Shown: positions 1 through 13,234 of the stretch, in pieces
How the letters are laid out: every line of letters starts with the position of its first letter
Numbering within the stretch: the stretch's first letter is position 1
DNA from: Malacoraja senta
Taxonomy: Eukaryota
Assembly (NCBI GenBank): GCA_038087875.1
Contig: CM075978.1
Span: 100,130,001-100,194,000 of the forward strand
Direction: 5' to 3'
Length of the DNA: 64,000 nt
The notes under the pieces: model-generated
What the model was told of the DNA's origin: nothing
Seen by the model: the letters and a program-made list of their open reading frames with translations, nothing else
Database searches by the model: none
Made by a program: the position numbers and the translations under genes

Positions 1-601
1 GGCACGTGGAGTATTCCCACTAAGCGCAGGGGACAACAATTGCCATCGGCAAACCCCGAGGTAGGTGGGTCTGGTCCTGTAAGAGACATATTAAATGTTT
101 CACACTTACAAGTTGGAGGAAGATTACAATTCTTCCTAAAAGAATGGCAAAAAATAACATCTGATGCATTTATACTGTGCAGCATTGTGGGGTTTAGAAT
201 TGAATTCTACCGATATTTGGATCCTCCTACTCAGCATATTTCAAGCCAGACACGTATTTTCTCAAAATAAGAGAATATGGAGATTCAGGCAGAACTTGAA
301 ATATTGTGTAAAAAAGGGGTAATTGAGAAGTCAGTTCACCAACACCACCAATTTGTGTCAAGTATTTTTCCAAGAGCAATAAAGGATGGTGGGTGTAGAA
401 TTATTCTAGATCTGACGTCTTAACCCTTTTGTACAGTATAAACATTTTAAAATGGAGTCATTTGCCAATGCCATACAGCTAATATCAAGAAAATGCTATA
501 TGGCTAGTATAGATCTTCAAGATGCATATTACTCTGTGGCTGTGCATGGTAATGATCGGAGATACTTAAAATTTAGCTGGATGAGTCAATTATGGCAATT
601 T

Positions 602-1057
602 CATATGAAGAAAGACTGGATAGACTTGGCTTATACTCGCTAGAATTTAGGAGATTGAGAGGGGATCTTATAGAAACGTACAAAATTCTTATGGGGTTGG
701 ACAGGCTAGATGCAGGAAGATTGTTCCCGATGTTGGGGAAATCCAGGACAAGGGGTCACAGCTTAAGGATAAGGGGGAAATCCTTTAAGACCGAGATGAG
801 GAAAAACTTTTTCACACAGAGAGTGGTGAATCTCTGGAACTCTCTGCCACAGAGGATAGTTGAGGCCAGTTCATTGGCTATATTTAAGAGGGAGTTAGAT
901 GTGGCCCTTGTGGCTAAGGGGATCAGGGGGTATGGAGAGAAGGCAGGTACGGGATACTGAGTTGGATGATCAGCCATGATCATATTGAATGGCGGGTGCA
1001 GGCTCGAAGGGCCGAATGGCCTACTCCTGCACCTATTTTCTATGTATCTATGTATCT
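602..1057 (+). mobile_element. 5'-truncated CR1 (HER1-like) LINE inserted into the DIRS RT
   Basis: ORF2 C-terminus YEERLDRLGLYSLE..RGDLIETYK..RTRGH..FFTQRVVNLWNSLP and a (TATGTATC)n tail. Removing it rejoins the DIRS RT as LWQF|KALPNG. Confidence 0.93.
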
Positions 1058-1161
1058 AAAGCATTGCCTAATGGTTAAACCTCAGCTCCAAGACTATTTA
1101 CCAAATTGTTAAAACCAATCTTAGCACAACTAATAGCTCAGGGCCATTTGGTAATGCCTAT

Positions 1162-2442
1162 TTGGATGATATTCTGATTGTGGGCGACACTCGGGCTACA
1201 ACAAAAGCATCAGTGTCAAGAATCAAGCTCACTTTCGAGAGGCTGGGATTTATTATCCATCCAGTTAAGTCCAAACTATTACCAAGCACAGTAATTGATT
1301 ACTTGTGTTTCACTATTAATTCAGAACACATGGTAGTGACTCTGCCCAAGGATAAAAGGTTGCAGTTAATTGAAGGTTGTATTAAGCTCATTACACAGCA
1401 CCAACCCTCAATTAGGCAGGTAGCAAGCTTGCTTGGCAAACTAATTGCTTCATTTCCGGCTGTACAATTTGGACCACTGCATTATCAGCAATTACAGCGA
1501 GCAAAGGTACAGGCATTGAGGATACATTCAGGGCATTTTGACAGGCCCATGCAATTGCCAGTTGCAGCTATTAATGAAATACAATGGTGGATCAGGAGTG
1601 TCTCAAATGCTTCCAGAGAAATTCTGGTTGAAACACCTTCCATTATTCTACAGACTGATGTAAGTGCTCTACGTTGGGGCGCTACTAATACTATTTCCAG
1701 CTGTGGAGGTAGATGGAATGTGGAGGAAGTACCTTTGCTCCAAGAACAAGAGATTAATTACCTAGAGCTTTTAGGAACATTTTATGAGCTTAAAGCTTAT
1801 TGCTCTAATATGCAAAATTTGCATGTTCAGGTACAGATTGACAACACTACGGCAGTGGAGTATGTTAATCATATGGGTGGTATCAAGTCAGAATCTTGTG
1901 TTAGATTGGCAAACGTGATCTGGACCTGGTGTATTACCAGAAACATTTGGCTTTCGGCAATCTACCTACCAGGTAGATTCAACATAGTTGCAGACACAAG
2001 GTCACGTAAATTCAATGACAATACAGAATGGATGTTGGATCGTGACAAAATTTTAAAAATTGTTGCACGGTTCGGGATGCCAGAGATTGACTTGTTTGCA
2101 TCCAGACTTAACCACCAATTACCTAAATATGTGTCATGGGAACCTGATCCTGGGGCAGTAGCGGTGGATGCTTTCTCGCTGCATTGGGGTAGAATGTTTC
2201 TGTATGCATTTCCTCCATTTTGCCTCATTAGTCAGTGTATACAGAAGATCAAACAGGACTCCGCTTCAGGAGTATTGGTGGTACCAGACTGGCCTACACA
2301 ACCATCGTACCCTCTGGTGTTAAAAATGATCACAAAGCCCCTTATGATTATTCCTAAACAGGAATACCTGCTTGTGCACCCTGTAACTGATGATTCCCAT
2401 CATTTACATGTTCGTATTGGTTTGTTGATTTGCAGATTCTAA
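1162..2442 (+). pseudogene. DIRS pol C-terminal part: RT thumb, RNase H and DNA N6-adenine methyltransferase-like domain
   Basis: LDDILIV; RNase H motifs TDVS..WG, INYLEL, DNTTAV, NIVAD; DAM-like IDLFASRLN, AVDAF, YAFPPF. The upstream RT has an in-frame TAA near 1076 and a frameshift just before YLDD. Confidence 0.9.
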
Positions 2443-3406
2443 GGAGGCCATATCTCGGAAGAGGACTATCAGATCGTACTGTGAATGTTATTGCGGCAGC
2501 CTGGAGGGATAGTACCCAGAAGCAGTACATTTCTTACATAAGGAAATGGGAGGTGTTTTGCTTAAGGCGGAATATTACATATCACACTGCAGACAACTCA
2601 GACATGTTAGAGTTTCTGTCAACTCTTTATTTTGATTTGCAGTTAAGCTATAGTGCGATCAATACTGCAAGGAGTGCCCTCTCTGCATATCTATGGAGGG
2701 AATCAGAACAAAATCCTGTAGGGTCACACCTTTTGGTCTGTAGGTTTATGAAGGGAATTTTCCAAGTATACAGAAATCTGGAATGTAAGAGATGTGCTAA
2801 TGCTCCTTCATCAATGGACTCCTATTGCAGCTCTGTCCTTGGCCAAAATTACCATGAAGGTAGTCATGCTCATGGCACTGGTTTCAGCACAGAGTGCAAA
2901 CATTGCAGAAACTACGAATAGACAGGATGAAAATAGCAGCAGATGCCATTATGTTCTATGTCTATGATTTGCTCAAACAGAGTAGACCTGGAATCACAGG
3001 ATGTAAGTTGTTTTTTTCAGCATATACTACGGATCCACGTCTATGTGTAGTATCACATTTACGATGTTACATTGAAGCCACCAGAACCTTAAGAGGTGCA
3101 GAATCAGCATTCTTTATCAGCCATAAAAAAACACATAAGAAAGTGTCGGTTCAGACTATTTCAAGGTGGCTGAAGTAGGTGTTGGTTGATGCAGGTATTG
3201 ATACTGACAAATTTAAATCTCATTCCACCAGGGCGCCATCAACATCGGCGTCCAAGGATTTGGACGTCCCAATAGACCATACCCTCATGGCCGCAGGATG
3301 GGCAAGTGAACGGATGTTTCACAAGTATTACCATAAGGAGATTACAGAACCTGGGGTATTTGGTGGTGCTGTTTTGGATTCAGTATTAAGTTCCCCCTTG
3401 GGATAA
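2430..3406 (+). pseudogene. DIRS tyrosine recombinase, frameshifted and stop-interrupted
   Basis: SAM-like N-domain (STQKQYISYIRKW, YSAINTARSALS), LKQSRPG, LCVV, FKSHSTR (H-x-x-R) and AAGWAS..FHKYY, spread over three ORF pieces. Confidence 0.88.
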
Positions 3407-4482
3407 AGGGGTTACTATTGTTGTGATAAATAAACCATTAACTGATTGCATCTATGTTATGGTTATGCATTGTTGATTGCTTCACTCATTTAGAGTCAAT
3501 CAATGCGGGGTCTTCTTCACGTAATCCCTCATCGTAATTCCTCATAAAATAAAGATCAAACTTCAAACTGGTAAGTTCTCGTTTAATCTTACTATTATAA
3601 ATCCCTCCTTAAAACAGCTATCTATACCCTCATCCCCGATACAGCGTGCAAACCCAAAACATCATTCATCCTTTGACTCCACAGATGAGGTCCTCCTTGT
3701 TCCAGCTTGTTTTTTTGGCATAGAAGTTGAGATTCTATCTGGTCCTGTAACCTTTTCTGTATCCAGTGCTCTTGGGCTTTGTCTGATATCTTGTGTACAA
3801 TAACTCAGATTGGCAGGAGGCTGACTCCTGTGACAATGGAGGAAGCCGGGATGCATTGTCCACTTGGAATTTCTGGCTGAAAGTGGGTGTAAATGCTTCA
3901 GCTTTTCTTTAGCACTCATACACTGGAGCCCACCATTATTGAGGATGAGGATGCTCTTAATATCTCCCCTTCCCATGAACTTTAGTAATTAACCGCCACC
4001 ATTCATGTCTTCACTACTGGTCCAGCACCATTAATGTCTACGTGGGGTCTGACTGCAGTTATCTTTGATCTTATTGATTAGTGTGTGATCTTTTAACTGT
4101 GTCTATTGCATGCTGCTTGGCTACATGAAGCCCATGTTATAAGGTTTGCCTGATTGCAGGTGGTGGAGGTGAACATTTCTGTTGATGATGATGCTCCACA
4201 GTGTCTCATGGAGGCCCCAGTGTTGAGCTGTCAGATCTGTTCTGTGTCAGATGGGAGATTTGTCGATTGTCACGTACACCTGGGTGCAATGAAATTCCTG
4301 TTCAAATGAATCTCACAGAGTTAACAGTATACAAATAGCAATTTCTCTCCTGGGATAAATAAAGTTATTTCGTATCGTATGATAAATATAACAATAGGTA
4401 CAATGACAAGTCCAAAACAGCAGAATCGTGCAAGATTGTAGTGCAATCCAAAGAAGTATAAAAAAAATTACAGTATTATTAA

Positions 4483-4776
4483 GGTGGTGCAGCAGTAGAG
4501 TTGCTGCCTTACAGCGCCAGAGACCCGGATTCAATCCTGACTATGGGTGCTGTCTGTATGGAGTTTGTACATTCGCCCTGTGACTGTGTGCGTTTTCTCT
4601 AGCTGCTCCAGTTTCCTCCCACACTCCAAAGACGTACAGATTTGTAGGTTAATTGCCCTTGGGAAAGATTGTAAATGGTCCCTAGTGTGTAGGATAGTGC
4701 TAGTGCACAGAGATCGCTGGTCAGCACGGACTCAGTGGGCCTGTTTCCACGCTGTATCTCTAAACTAAACTAAACT
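4483..4776 (+). mobile_element. tRNA-derived V-SINE (HE1-like)
   Basis: A/B-box-like head (GGTGCAGCAGTAG..GATTCAATCC), V-domain core (TTTCCTCCCACACTCCAAAGAC) and a CR1-like tail ending in (CTAAA)n. Confidence 0.85.
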
Positions 4777-5096
4777 ACAATAACAGAATAACTGAATAAG
4801 GTAGAGTTAGAATAGGAGTATGTGCTGGCATTTCTGGAAAGGGGTTGTGAAAGAGGTTAATGGCTTGGGTGTTTGTTAGCTTGATGGTAGAGCCACACAA
4901 CATGATAGAGGGTATCCTTGCTATGAAGGCGGAACTTGTCTCCTGAATGACTGCTGTGGTCACTTCCACTGATGTAGGGCAGTACAGCACAGGAACAGGC
5001 TCTTCAGCCCAAGATGTCTACACAGAAGATGATGTCAAATCAAACTAATGTACCCTGCGTACACGTGATCCATACCCCTCCATTCGCTGCACATCC

Positions 5097-5460
5097 TGCA
5101 TATTTTATCTGGATGCATCACAACATGGTTTGAGAACAGCTCCATCCAAGACCACAAGAAATTGCAGAGAATTGTGGACGCAGCCCAGATCATGACACAG
5201 GCCAACCTCCCTTCCATTGACTTCATTTACACCTCATGCTGCCTCGGCAAGGCCACCAGCATAATCAAGGAGAGTCACACACCGGCCACTCCCTCATCTC
5301 CCCTCTCCCATCGGGCAAATGGCACAGAAGTGTGAAAAGGCACATCTCCAGATTCAGGGACGGTTTCTTCCCAGGTGTTATCAGGCAACTGAACCATCCT
5401 GCCACAACTTGAGAGTATTCCTGAGCTACCATCTATCTCATTGGAGACCCTCGAACTATC
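5097..5460 (+). mobile_element. Rex1/Babar LINE 3' fragment, old
   Basis: Resembles the 3' part of the Rex1 copy at 12398-13234 (ILSGCITTWF..KLQRIV..IIKESHTG..LPSG). Confidence 0.65.
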
Positions 5461-5789
5461 TTTGTTCGGAGATGCACTCGTCAATTAGTTTTCTTAATCT
5501 ACTCGATATATTTGTAAGCACACGTTAGTGTTAGAGCCCATAATGTGCTTCTGGATGTCTTTGCAGGTTAAGGGTACGGTTAACAAAATGTTCAAAACAA
5601 GGACTGGGATTGGGCCTGGGTCACTACGGGGCTGTAATGATTCTAGAGAGATTCACAGAGATGGTCATGGCCGGATCTAAAACCAATTTGTTTTGAATAT
5701 TTTGGTTAACGCTGCCCTTAATTAGCAATTTGAGATAAGGTCACATTTGGTCGAAGAGTGTTCCAGCATCAGATCTACTGACATTCATA

Positions 5790-6205
5790 GGTTTAGTTTA
5801 CTTTACTTTAGTTTAGTTTAGAGATACAGTGCGAAAACAGGCCATTCGGCCTACCAAATCCACGCTGACCACCGATCCCCGTTCACTTGCACACTACACA
5901 CTAGGGACAATTTACAATTTTTACTGAGGCCAAATTAACCTACAAACCTGTATGTCCTCCCACACTCCAGAAGATGTACAGGTTTGTAGGTTAATTTGGC
6001 CTCAGTAAAAATTGTAAATTGTCCCTAGTGTGTAGTGTGCAAGTGAACGGGGATCGGTGGTCAGCGTGGATTTGACTACAATAAAAATTCAGCAGGCAGG
6101 GAAAACCCAGCTGGTCACGGGGAGAACGTACAAACTCTGTACCGACAGCACCCATAGCCGGGATTGAACCTGGGTCTCTGGCATTGTAAGGATGCAGCTG
6201 CACCA
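5790..6205 (-). mobile_element. V-SINE rearranged into a 98-bp perfect inverted repeat
   Basis: SINE tail at 5790-5950 and head at 6100-6205. Arms 5855-5952 and 5977-6074 are reverse complements. Confidence 0.8.
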
Positions 6206-6694
6206 GCAAAGATCTAAACCTTTCTTCGAGGAGGTTAGCATCCGATGGTTTTGGTCACTCAAGCCTCCTCCCCCCCTGGGGAAACACATTCCAGAGCCTG
6301 GGTGCCAGGAAGCTGCTGACAGGCAAGGTAGTGTGTGCATTTCCCAAAAGTTACCTTGAAAAACTGCTGCTCCTGGGGCAGGGCCCTGCTGTGTCAGCCC
6401 CTGGCCTAGATTCAGGGCCTCACAAGAAACTACTTCACCACAACCCACAGCTTCCATTGATCAGAAAGTGTTAACCACGTCAGCACGTAAAAACCAGGGC
6501 TTGGCCTTAGTCAGTGTAGCAGCTCGGAGAATGTTTCCCCCCAACCGGCCCCGGCTCCCTCCACCAGCCGCAACACAACCTCTTCTGTCTCTCTCGCTAT
6601 CTGCTTGTTGCTGAACTCATCGGATTCACAAGGTGAACTCGTTGTGCTTTTGACATCTGGAAAGAGGCCATTTGGTCCATCGGGTCTGTGCTTT

Positions 6695-6940
6695 AGAGGG
6701 TGGTTCTGTAGTCAGACGGTGGTGAATCTGTGGAATTCATTGCCACAGAAGGCTGTGGAGGCCGTCAATGGATATATTTAAGGCGGAGATAGACAGATTC
6801 TTGATTAGTAAGGGTGTCAGGGGTTATGGGGTGAAGGCAGGAGAATGGAGTTGAGAGGGAAAGATAGATCAGCCAAGATTGAATGTCAGAGTAGACTTAA
6901 TGGGCTGAATGGCCTTATTCTGCTCCTAGAACTTATGAAC
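6695..6940 (+). mobile_element. CR1 3' fragment
   Basis: GGTGGTGAATCTGTGGAATTC..GGAGAATGG..GAATGGCC 3' end shared with other CR1 copies in the window. Confidence 0.8.
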
Positions 6941-7485
6941 TTACAGTATACTGGCTCTATGTAAGAGCTATCCAGTTAGTTTCACTCCCATGCCCTCTCC
7001 CCAAAGCCCTGCAAATTATTTCCTTTCCAATACTTGTGTGGAATGTGGGCTATATAATGTGGGCTAAGTGTTAGGTGGCATCAATATGGCAGGTCCCAAC
7101 TGGTCAGCATGGATATGGGGTGATAAATGGTCTGTTTCCATGGTGTACATCTCAAGACCACGTCTTATCCAGTCCCATGTTCAACATTACCACTCAACTG
7201 CTTCCCAGCAGTGAACAAACCATTCACAGTATAACAAAAACACAAGTGCCAGAGGAGCTCAGCAGGTCAGGCTGTGTCAACACCCTTCCGATTGGAGAAG
7301 AGTTCCAATACAAAATGTCTTCTGTGCATTTCCTCCATAGACACTGACTGACTCGCTGAGTTCCTCCAGAACTTTGTTTTTTGCTCAAGGTTCCAACATC
7401 TGCAGTTTCTTGTGACTAGCTGCCTAACAATAACTGCTCCCAGCAGTGAACCAACCACTGGGTGTACAGCGAAGATAGTCTAAAA

Positions 7486-7740
7486 AATGCTGGAGTAACT
7501 CAGCGGGACAGGCAGCATCTCTGGAGAGAAGGAATGGGTGCATTTCAGAACAAGACCTTCTTCAGACTGGTTAGGGGTAAGGGAAATGAGAGATATCCCT
7601 AATTCCCTTATCCCTAACCAGTCTGAAGAAGGGTCCCGACCCAAACGCCATCCATTCCATCTCTCCAGAGATGCTGCCTGAGTTCCATCAGCATTTTGTG
7701 TCTATATTCTGTTTAAACCAGCATCTGCAGTTCCTTCATA
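7486..7740. mobile_element. Penelope pLTR-derived palindromic element
   Basis: AAATGCTGGAGTAACTCAGCGGGACAGGCAGCATCTCTGGAGAG at the left and its reverse complement at the right. Same sequence as the termini of the Penelope fragment at 25218-26680. Confidence 0.75.
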
Positions 7741-7849
7741 TGCTAGTTGTATAACAACTGCTTCTGGGCAGTGAACCAACCAACTCTATAATAACTGCAC
7801 CCCAGCAATGAACCAACCACTAGCTATAATACAAAGATAGACACTGAAT

Positions 7850-8610
7850 GCTGATAAATGTGAGGTGCTACATCTCGGCAGGACAAATCAAAATAGGACG
7901 TACATGGTAAATGGTAGCGAATTGAGGAATGCAGTTGAACAGAGGGATCTAGGAATAACTGTGCATAGTTCCCTGAAGGTGGAATGTCATGTAGATAGGG
8001 TGGTAAAGAAAGCTTTTGGTGTGCTGGCCTTTATAAATCAGAGCATTGGTGAGGCCAATTCTGGAGTATGGAGTACAATTTTTGGTCGCATAATTATAGG
8101 AAGGATGTCAACAAAATAGAGAGAGTACAGAGGAGATTTACGGGAATGTTGCCTGGGTTTCAGCAACTAAATTACAGAGAAAGGCTGAACAAGTTAGGTC
8201 TTTATTCTTTGGAGTGCAGAAGGTTAAGGGGGGACTTGATAGAGGTCTTTAAAATGATGAGAGGGATAGAGTTGACGTGGATAAGCTTTTCCCATTGAGA
8301 GTAGGGAAGATTCAAACAAGAGGACATGACTTGAGAATTAAGGGACAGAAGTTTAGGGGTAACATTAGGGGGAACTTCTTTACTCAGAGAGTGGTAGCTG
8401 TGTGGAATGAGCTTCCAGTGGAAGTGGTGGAGCCAGGTTCGATTTTATCATTTAAAAATAGATTGGATGGGTATATGGGTGAGAAAGGAATGGAGGGTTA
8501 TGGTCTTAGTGCAGGTAGATGGGACTAGGGGAGAAAAAGTGTTCGGCATGGACTTGAAGGGCCGAGATGGCCTGTTTCCATGCTGTAATTGTTATATTAT
8601 ATGGTTATTA
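7850..8610 (+). mobile_element. CR1 ORF2 3' fragment (second copy at ~10618-11375)
   Basis: KCEVLHLGR..EQRDLGI..RPILEY..IERVQRRFT..RTRGH..FFTQRVV with frameshifts. Confidence 0.88.
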
Positions 8611-8955
8611 AAATGCAGGAATAACTCAGTGGGACAGGCAGCATCTCGGGAGAGAAGGAATGGATGACCTTTTGGGTTGTGACCCTTCTTCTGAAGAAGG
8701 GTTTCGACTGGAAACGTCACCCATTCCTTCTCTCCAGAGATTCCGCCTGCCCTTGTCTCTCTCCGGTATAAGCCAGCATCTGCAGTTCCTTCCTATATAG
8801 TGGGACAGGCAGCATCTCCGGAGAGAAGGAATGGGTGACGTTTCTGGTCAAGACTGACTCTGAAGAAGGGTCTCGACCCGAAACGTCACCCATTCCTTAT
8901 CTCCAGATATGTTGCCTGTCCCTCTGAGATACTCCTGCTTTTGTGTCTATCTTCC
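8610..8955. mobile_element. Two adjacent Penelope pLTR palindromes (second copy at ~11377-11720)
   Basis: Head-to-head pLTR halves with CTGAAGA..GAAACGTC cores at 8691 and 8860. Confidence 0.75.
8860..8888 (+). ncRNA. Minimal hammerhead ribozyme core (Penelope-associated type)
   Basis: CTGAAGA-A-GGGT(CTCG)ACCC-GAAA-CG-TC gives CUGAnGA, stem II, GAAA and a palindromic ACGU mini stem III. Confidence 0.6.
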
Positions 8956-8984
8956 ACCTATCACTTGCCTAACTTTGCTTTCTT

Positions 8985-9625
8985 TACGATTGCGGCCAGG
9001 ATGTTGAAGTTGTTGACTCTCTCCATCACCGACCCGTCGATGAGGACAGGTTCATGGATTCCCGGCCTTCCTCTTCTACAGTCAACAATCAGCTCCATGC
9101 ACTTGATTCATTGAGAGCAAGGTTGTTGTTCCGGCACCATTCAATCACATGATCGATCTCCCTCCCATCATATGTCTCGTCAGTATCTGTAATACGTCCA
9201 ACAACAGTGATGTTGTCAGAGTAGGAACAGTGTCCGCCTACACGTTTATGGGTATAGAATGAGGAGAACAGGGGACTTAGCACACAGCATTGAGGTGCCA
9301 CTGTACTGATGGTTATCACGGAGGAAGTGTTGTTGCCAATTCAAACTGATTATGGTCTGTTGATGTGAAAGTCTAGGATCCAATTGCATAGAGATGTGCA
9401 GAGAACCACTTCCCTGAGCTTGGTAACAAATTTGGGGGGGATTGTGATGGGTAGTCGATGAACAACTATCTGGCATATATGTTTTTATTGTTCACGTGGT
9501 CCAGTGCTGAATGCAGAGCCAGCAAAATTGCCTCCCGTGATGATCTATTGTGGTGGCAGGCAAATTGTAGTGGGTACTAGTTCTTGCTAAGATAGATACG
9601 CCATGACCAACCTCTCTAAGCACTT
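8985..9625 (-). mobile_element. Old Rex1/Babar RT fragment (second copy at ~11750-12390)
   Basis: Minus-strand ITISTVAPQCCVLSPLFSSFYT..SDNITVVGRIT..WCRNNNLALN, a degenerate Rex1 RT. Confidence 0.8.
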
Positions 9626-10367
9626 CATCACCATGGACGTTAATGACAATGATCAGTCATCATCGACCCACTCTTTTTGGTCTTCGATTCAAGGTTTCAA
9701 GGTCAGTTTATTGTCACGTACCAATTAAGGTACAGTGACATTCAAATTACCATATAAACCACATAAAAGTTAACATAAACATCCACCTCAGCGGTTCCCC
9801 CACGTTCCCCACTGTGATGGAAGGCATTAAAGTCCAATCTCCTCTCCCCTATTCTGGGCAAGAGACTGCTTTGAACTAATCGGGTGGCACCGCGCACGGC
9901 GGCCTCATCAACAGTTTGTCCATCTTTTCACCCTTATTGTTATTTTCAGTCTGTATTAAAGTATGTTTCTGGAGGTTTCTTAATCTTTTTTTATGTGGGG
10001 AGTGGGGGGGGGGGGGGTGGGGGAGAAGAGGGGAAAGTTTCTCAGTCACTTTCTGGTCGAGGATGCGTCTTTTCTTTGAGTCGCATCTTCGCCCACCCTC
10101 ACGGCCTACCAACTGGATTGGCGCGGCATTTCCTACCTGAGACCGGCCAGAGCTTCAGCAGCGGCGCAGCACTGAATTCCATCGTGGAGCGGGAGATGCC
10201 TGTGTTGGAGCTCCGGAGCGTTGGGACAGCTGTTTAACACCCTGGAGCTGTGGTTTGCGGAGCTTTTAGCCGCGGTCTGCCTTTAACATCGCGGAATCCT
10301 GGGATCTTTTGCCGGGGGTCGCCAGTGTTGGATCTCCGCCCAGCTCGGCCTGTGGACTTTGGGAGCC

Positions 10368-10567
10368 NNNNNNNNNNNNNNNNNNNNNNNNNNNNNNNNN
10401 NNNNNNNNNNNNNNNNNNNNNNNNNNNNNNNNNNNNNNNNNNNNNNNNNNNNNNNNNNNNNNNNNNNNNNNNNNNNNNNNNNNNNNNNNNNNNNNNNNNN
10501 NNNNNNNNNNNNNNNNNNNNNNNNNNNNNNNNNNNNNNNNNNNNNNNNNNNNNNNNNNNNNNNNNNN
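10368..10567. other. Assembly gap (200 N)
   Basis: Run of N bases. Confidence 1.
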
Positions 10568-12397
10568 CACCCCAGCAATGAACCAACCACTAGCTATAAT
10601 ACAAAGAGACACTGAATGCTGATAAATGTGAGATGCTACATCTCGGCAGGACAAATCAAAATAGGACGTACATGGTAAATGGTAGCGAATTGAGGAATGC
10701 AGTTGAACAGAGGGATCTAGGAATAACTGTGCATAGTTCCCTGAAGGTGGAATCTCATGTAGATAGGGTGGTAAAGAAAGCTTTTGGTGTGCTGGCCTTT
10801 ATAAATCAGAGCATTGGTGAGGCCAATTCTGGAGTATGGAGTACAATTTTGCTCGCATAATTATAGGAAGGATGTCAACAAAATAGAGAGAGTACAGAGG
10901 AGATTTACGGGAATGTTGCCTGGGTTTCAGCAACTAAATTACAGAGAAAGGCTGAACAGGTTAGGTCTTTATTCTTTGGAGTGCAGAAGGTTAAGGGGGG
11001 ACTTGATAGAGGTCTTTAAAATGATGAGAGGGATAGAGTTGACGTGGATAAGCTTTTCCCATTGAGAGTAGGGAAGATTCAAACAAGAGGACATGACTTG
11101 AGAATTAAGGGACAGAAGTTTAGGGGTAACATTAGGGGAACTTCTTTACTCAGAGAGTGGTAGCTGTGTGGAATGAGCTTCCAGTGGAAGTGGTGGAGGC
11201 AGGTTCATTTTTATCATTTAAAAATAAATCGGATAGGTACATGGACGGGAAAGGAATGGAGGGTTATGGTCTGAGTGCAGGTAGATGGGACTAGGGGAGA
11301 AAAAGTGTTCGGCATGGACTTGAAGGGCCGAGATGGCCTGTTTCCATGCTGTAATTGTTATATTATATGGTTATTAAAATGCAGGAGTAACTCAGTGGGA
11401 CAGGCAGCATCTCGGGAGGGAAGGAATGGATGACGTTTTGGGTTGTGACCCTTCTTCTCAAGAAGGGTTTCGACTGGAAACGTCACCTATTCCTTCTCTC
11501 CAGAGAATCCGCCTGCCCTTGTCTCTCTCCGGTATAAGCCAGCATCTGCAGTTCCTTCCTATATAGTGGGACAGGCAGCATCTCCGGAGAGAAGGAATGG
11601 GTGACGTTTCTGGTCAAGACTGACTCTGAAGAAGGGTCTCAACCCGAAACGTCACCCATTCCTTATCTCCAGATATGTTGCCTGTCCCTCTGAGATACTC
11701 ATGCTTTTGTGTCTATCTTCCACCTATTACTTGCCTAACTTTGCTTTCTTTACGATTGCGGCCAGGATGTTGAAGTTGTTGACTCTCTCCACCACCGACC
11801 CGTCGATGAGGACAGGTTCATGGATTCCCGGCCTTCCTCTTCTACAGTCAACAATCAGCTCCATGCACTTGATTCATTGAGAGCAAGGTTGTTGTTCCGG
11901 CACCATTCAATCACATGATCGATCTCCCTCCCATCATATGTCTCGTCAGTATCTGTAATACGTCCAACAACAGTGATGTTGTCAGAGTAGGAACAGTGTC
12001 CGCCTACACGTTTATGGGTATAGAATGAGGAGAACAGGGGACTTAGCACACAGCATTGAGGTGCCACTGTACTGATGGTTATCACGGAGGAAGTGTTGTT
12101 GCCAATTCAAACTGATTATGGTCTGTTGATGTGAAAGTCTAGGATCCAATTGCATAGAGATGTGCAGAGAACCACTTCCCTGAGCTTGGTAACAAATTTG
12201 GGGGGGATTTTGATGGGTAGTCGATGAACAACTATCTGGCATATATGTTTTTATTGTTCACGTGGTCCAGTGCTGAATGCAGAGCCAGCAAAATTGCCTC
12301 CCGTGATGATCTATTGTGGTGGCAGGCAAATTGTAGTGGGTACTAGTTCTTGCTAAGATAGATACGCCATGACCAACCTCTCTAAGCACTTCATCAC

Positions 12398-13234
12398 TGA
12401 TCAGTGACAACGATGAGTCAGCCTACAGAGAGGAGGTCCAGCACCTGACAACCTGGTGTGCCAACAATAACCTCGTCCTCAACTCCAAGAAGACGAAGGA
12501 AATTATTGTCGACTTCAGGAAGGTCAGAGGGGGCAGACATACCCCCATCCATATAAACGTGACTGAGGTGGAGCGCGTCTCCAGCTACAAATTCCTCGGG
12601 GTACACATCTCGGAGGATTTGTCCTGGTCCCTCAACACCTCCAAGCTGATCAAAAAGGCACAGCAGCGCCTTTACTTCCTGAGGAGGCTCAAGAAAGCCC
12701 ACCTGTCCCCCCAGATCCTGACCAACTTCTACCGGTGTACCATCGAGAGCATCCTGACCACCTGCTTCACGGTATGGTACAGCAGCTGCACTGTTGCGGA
12801 CAGGAAGGCACTACAACGGGCACATAATCGGTGCCCCGCTCCCTGCCATCGATGCCCTCCACTGAAAACGGTGTCTGAAACGGGCTGGGAAGATCATTAA
12901 AGACCCCTCCCACCCCAACCATGGACTGTTTGCCCTCCTCCCATCAGGGAGGCGGTACAGGAGCCTCAGGTCTCGTACCAGTAGGATGAGGAACAGCTTC
13001 TACAATTATACCGTCGCATTGCTGAACTCTGAGTCCCGCCGATAGATTCCTCCGGTCCCTCCGTCCCCATTGTTAATTATTCTGTATTTTTGATTATTCT
13101 GTATCCTCTTTTTTTTTAAATTTCAAAATTGCACTACTACTACGGACTGACGCAAAACTGCATTTCGTTGTACCCATACTCAGTATTTGTGCAATGACAT
13201 TAAAGTTGAATTGAATTGAATTGAATTGAATTGA
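12398..13234 (+). mobile_element. Young 5'-truncated Rex1/Babar LINE with ATCAC TSD
   Basis: ISDNDESAYREEVQHLTTWCANNNLVLN..ERVSSYKFLGVHISEDLSW..QQRLYFLRRLKK and a (TTGAA)n tail. ATCAC at 12393-12397 and 13235-13239; absent from the duplicate near 9630. Confidence 0.9.

Larger units (their letters stand above)
1..3600 (+). mobile_element. Decayed DIRS-type (tyrosine recombinase) retrotransposon; 5' part lies outside the window
   Basis: Domains in DIRS order: RT N-terminus (VGGRLQFFLKEWQKIT, SIDLQDAYY), YLDD at 1159-1170, RNase H, DAM-like domain, then an overlapping YR ORF. Carries stops and frameshifts and is interrupted by a CR1 at 602-1057. Confidence 0.93.

Noticed and set aside
3620-4250. 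Possible host exon on the minus strand (3662-3976 ORF)
   Set aside because: LDTEKVTGPDRI resembles a decayed LINE RT-proximal motif; probably an old CR1-type remnant, too degraded to delimit.
10234-10654. ORFs spanning X runs
   Set aside because: They cross the assembly gap.
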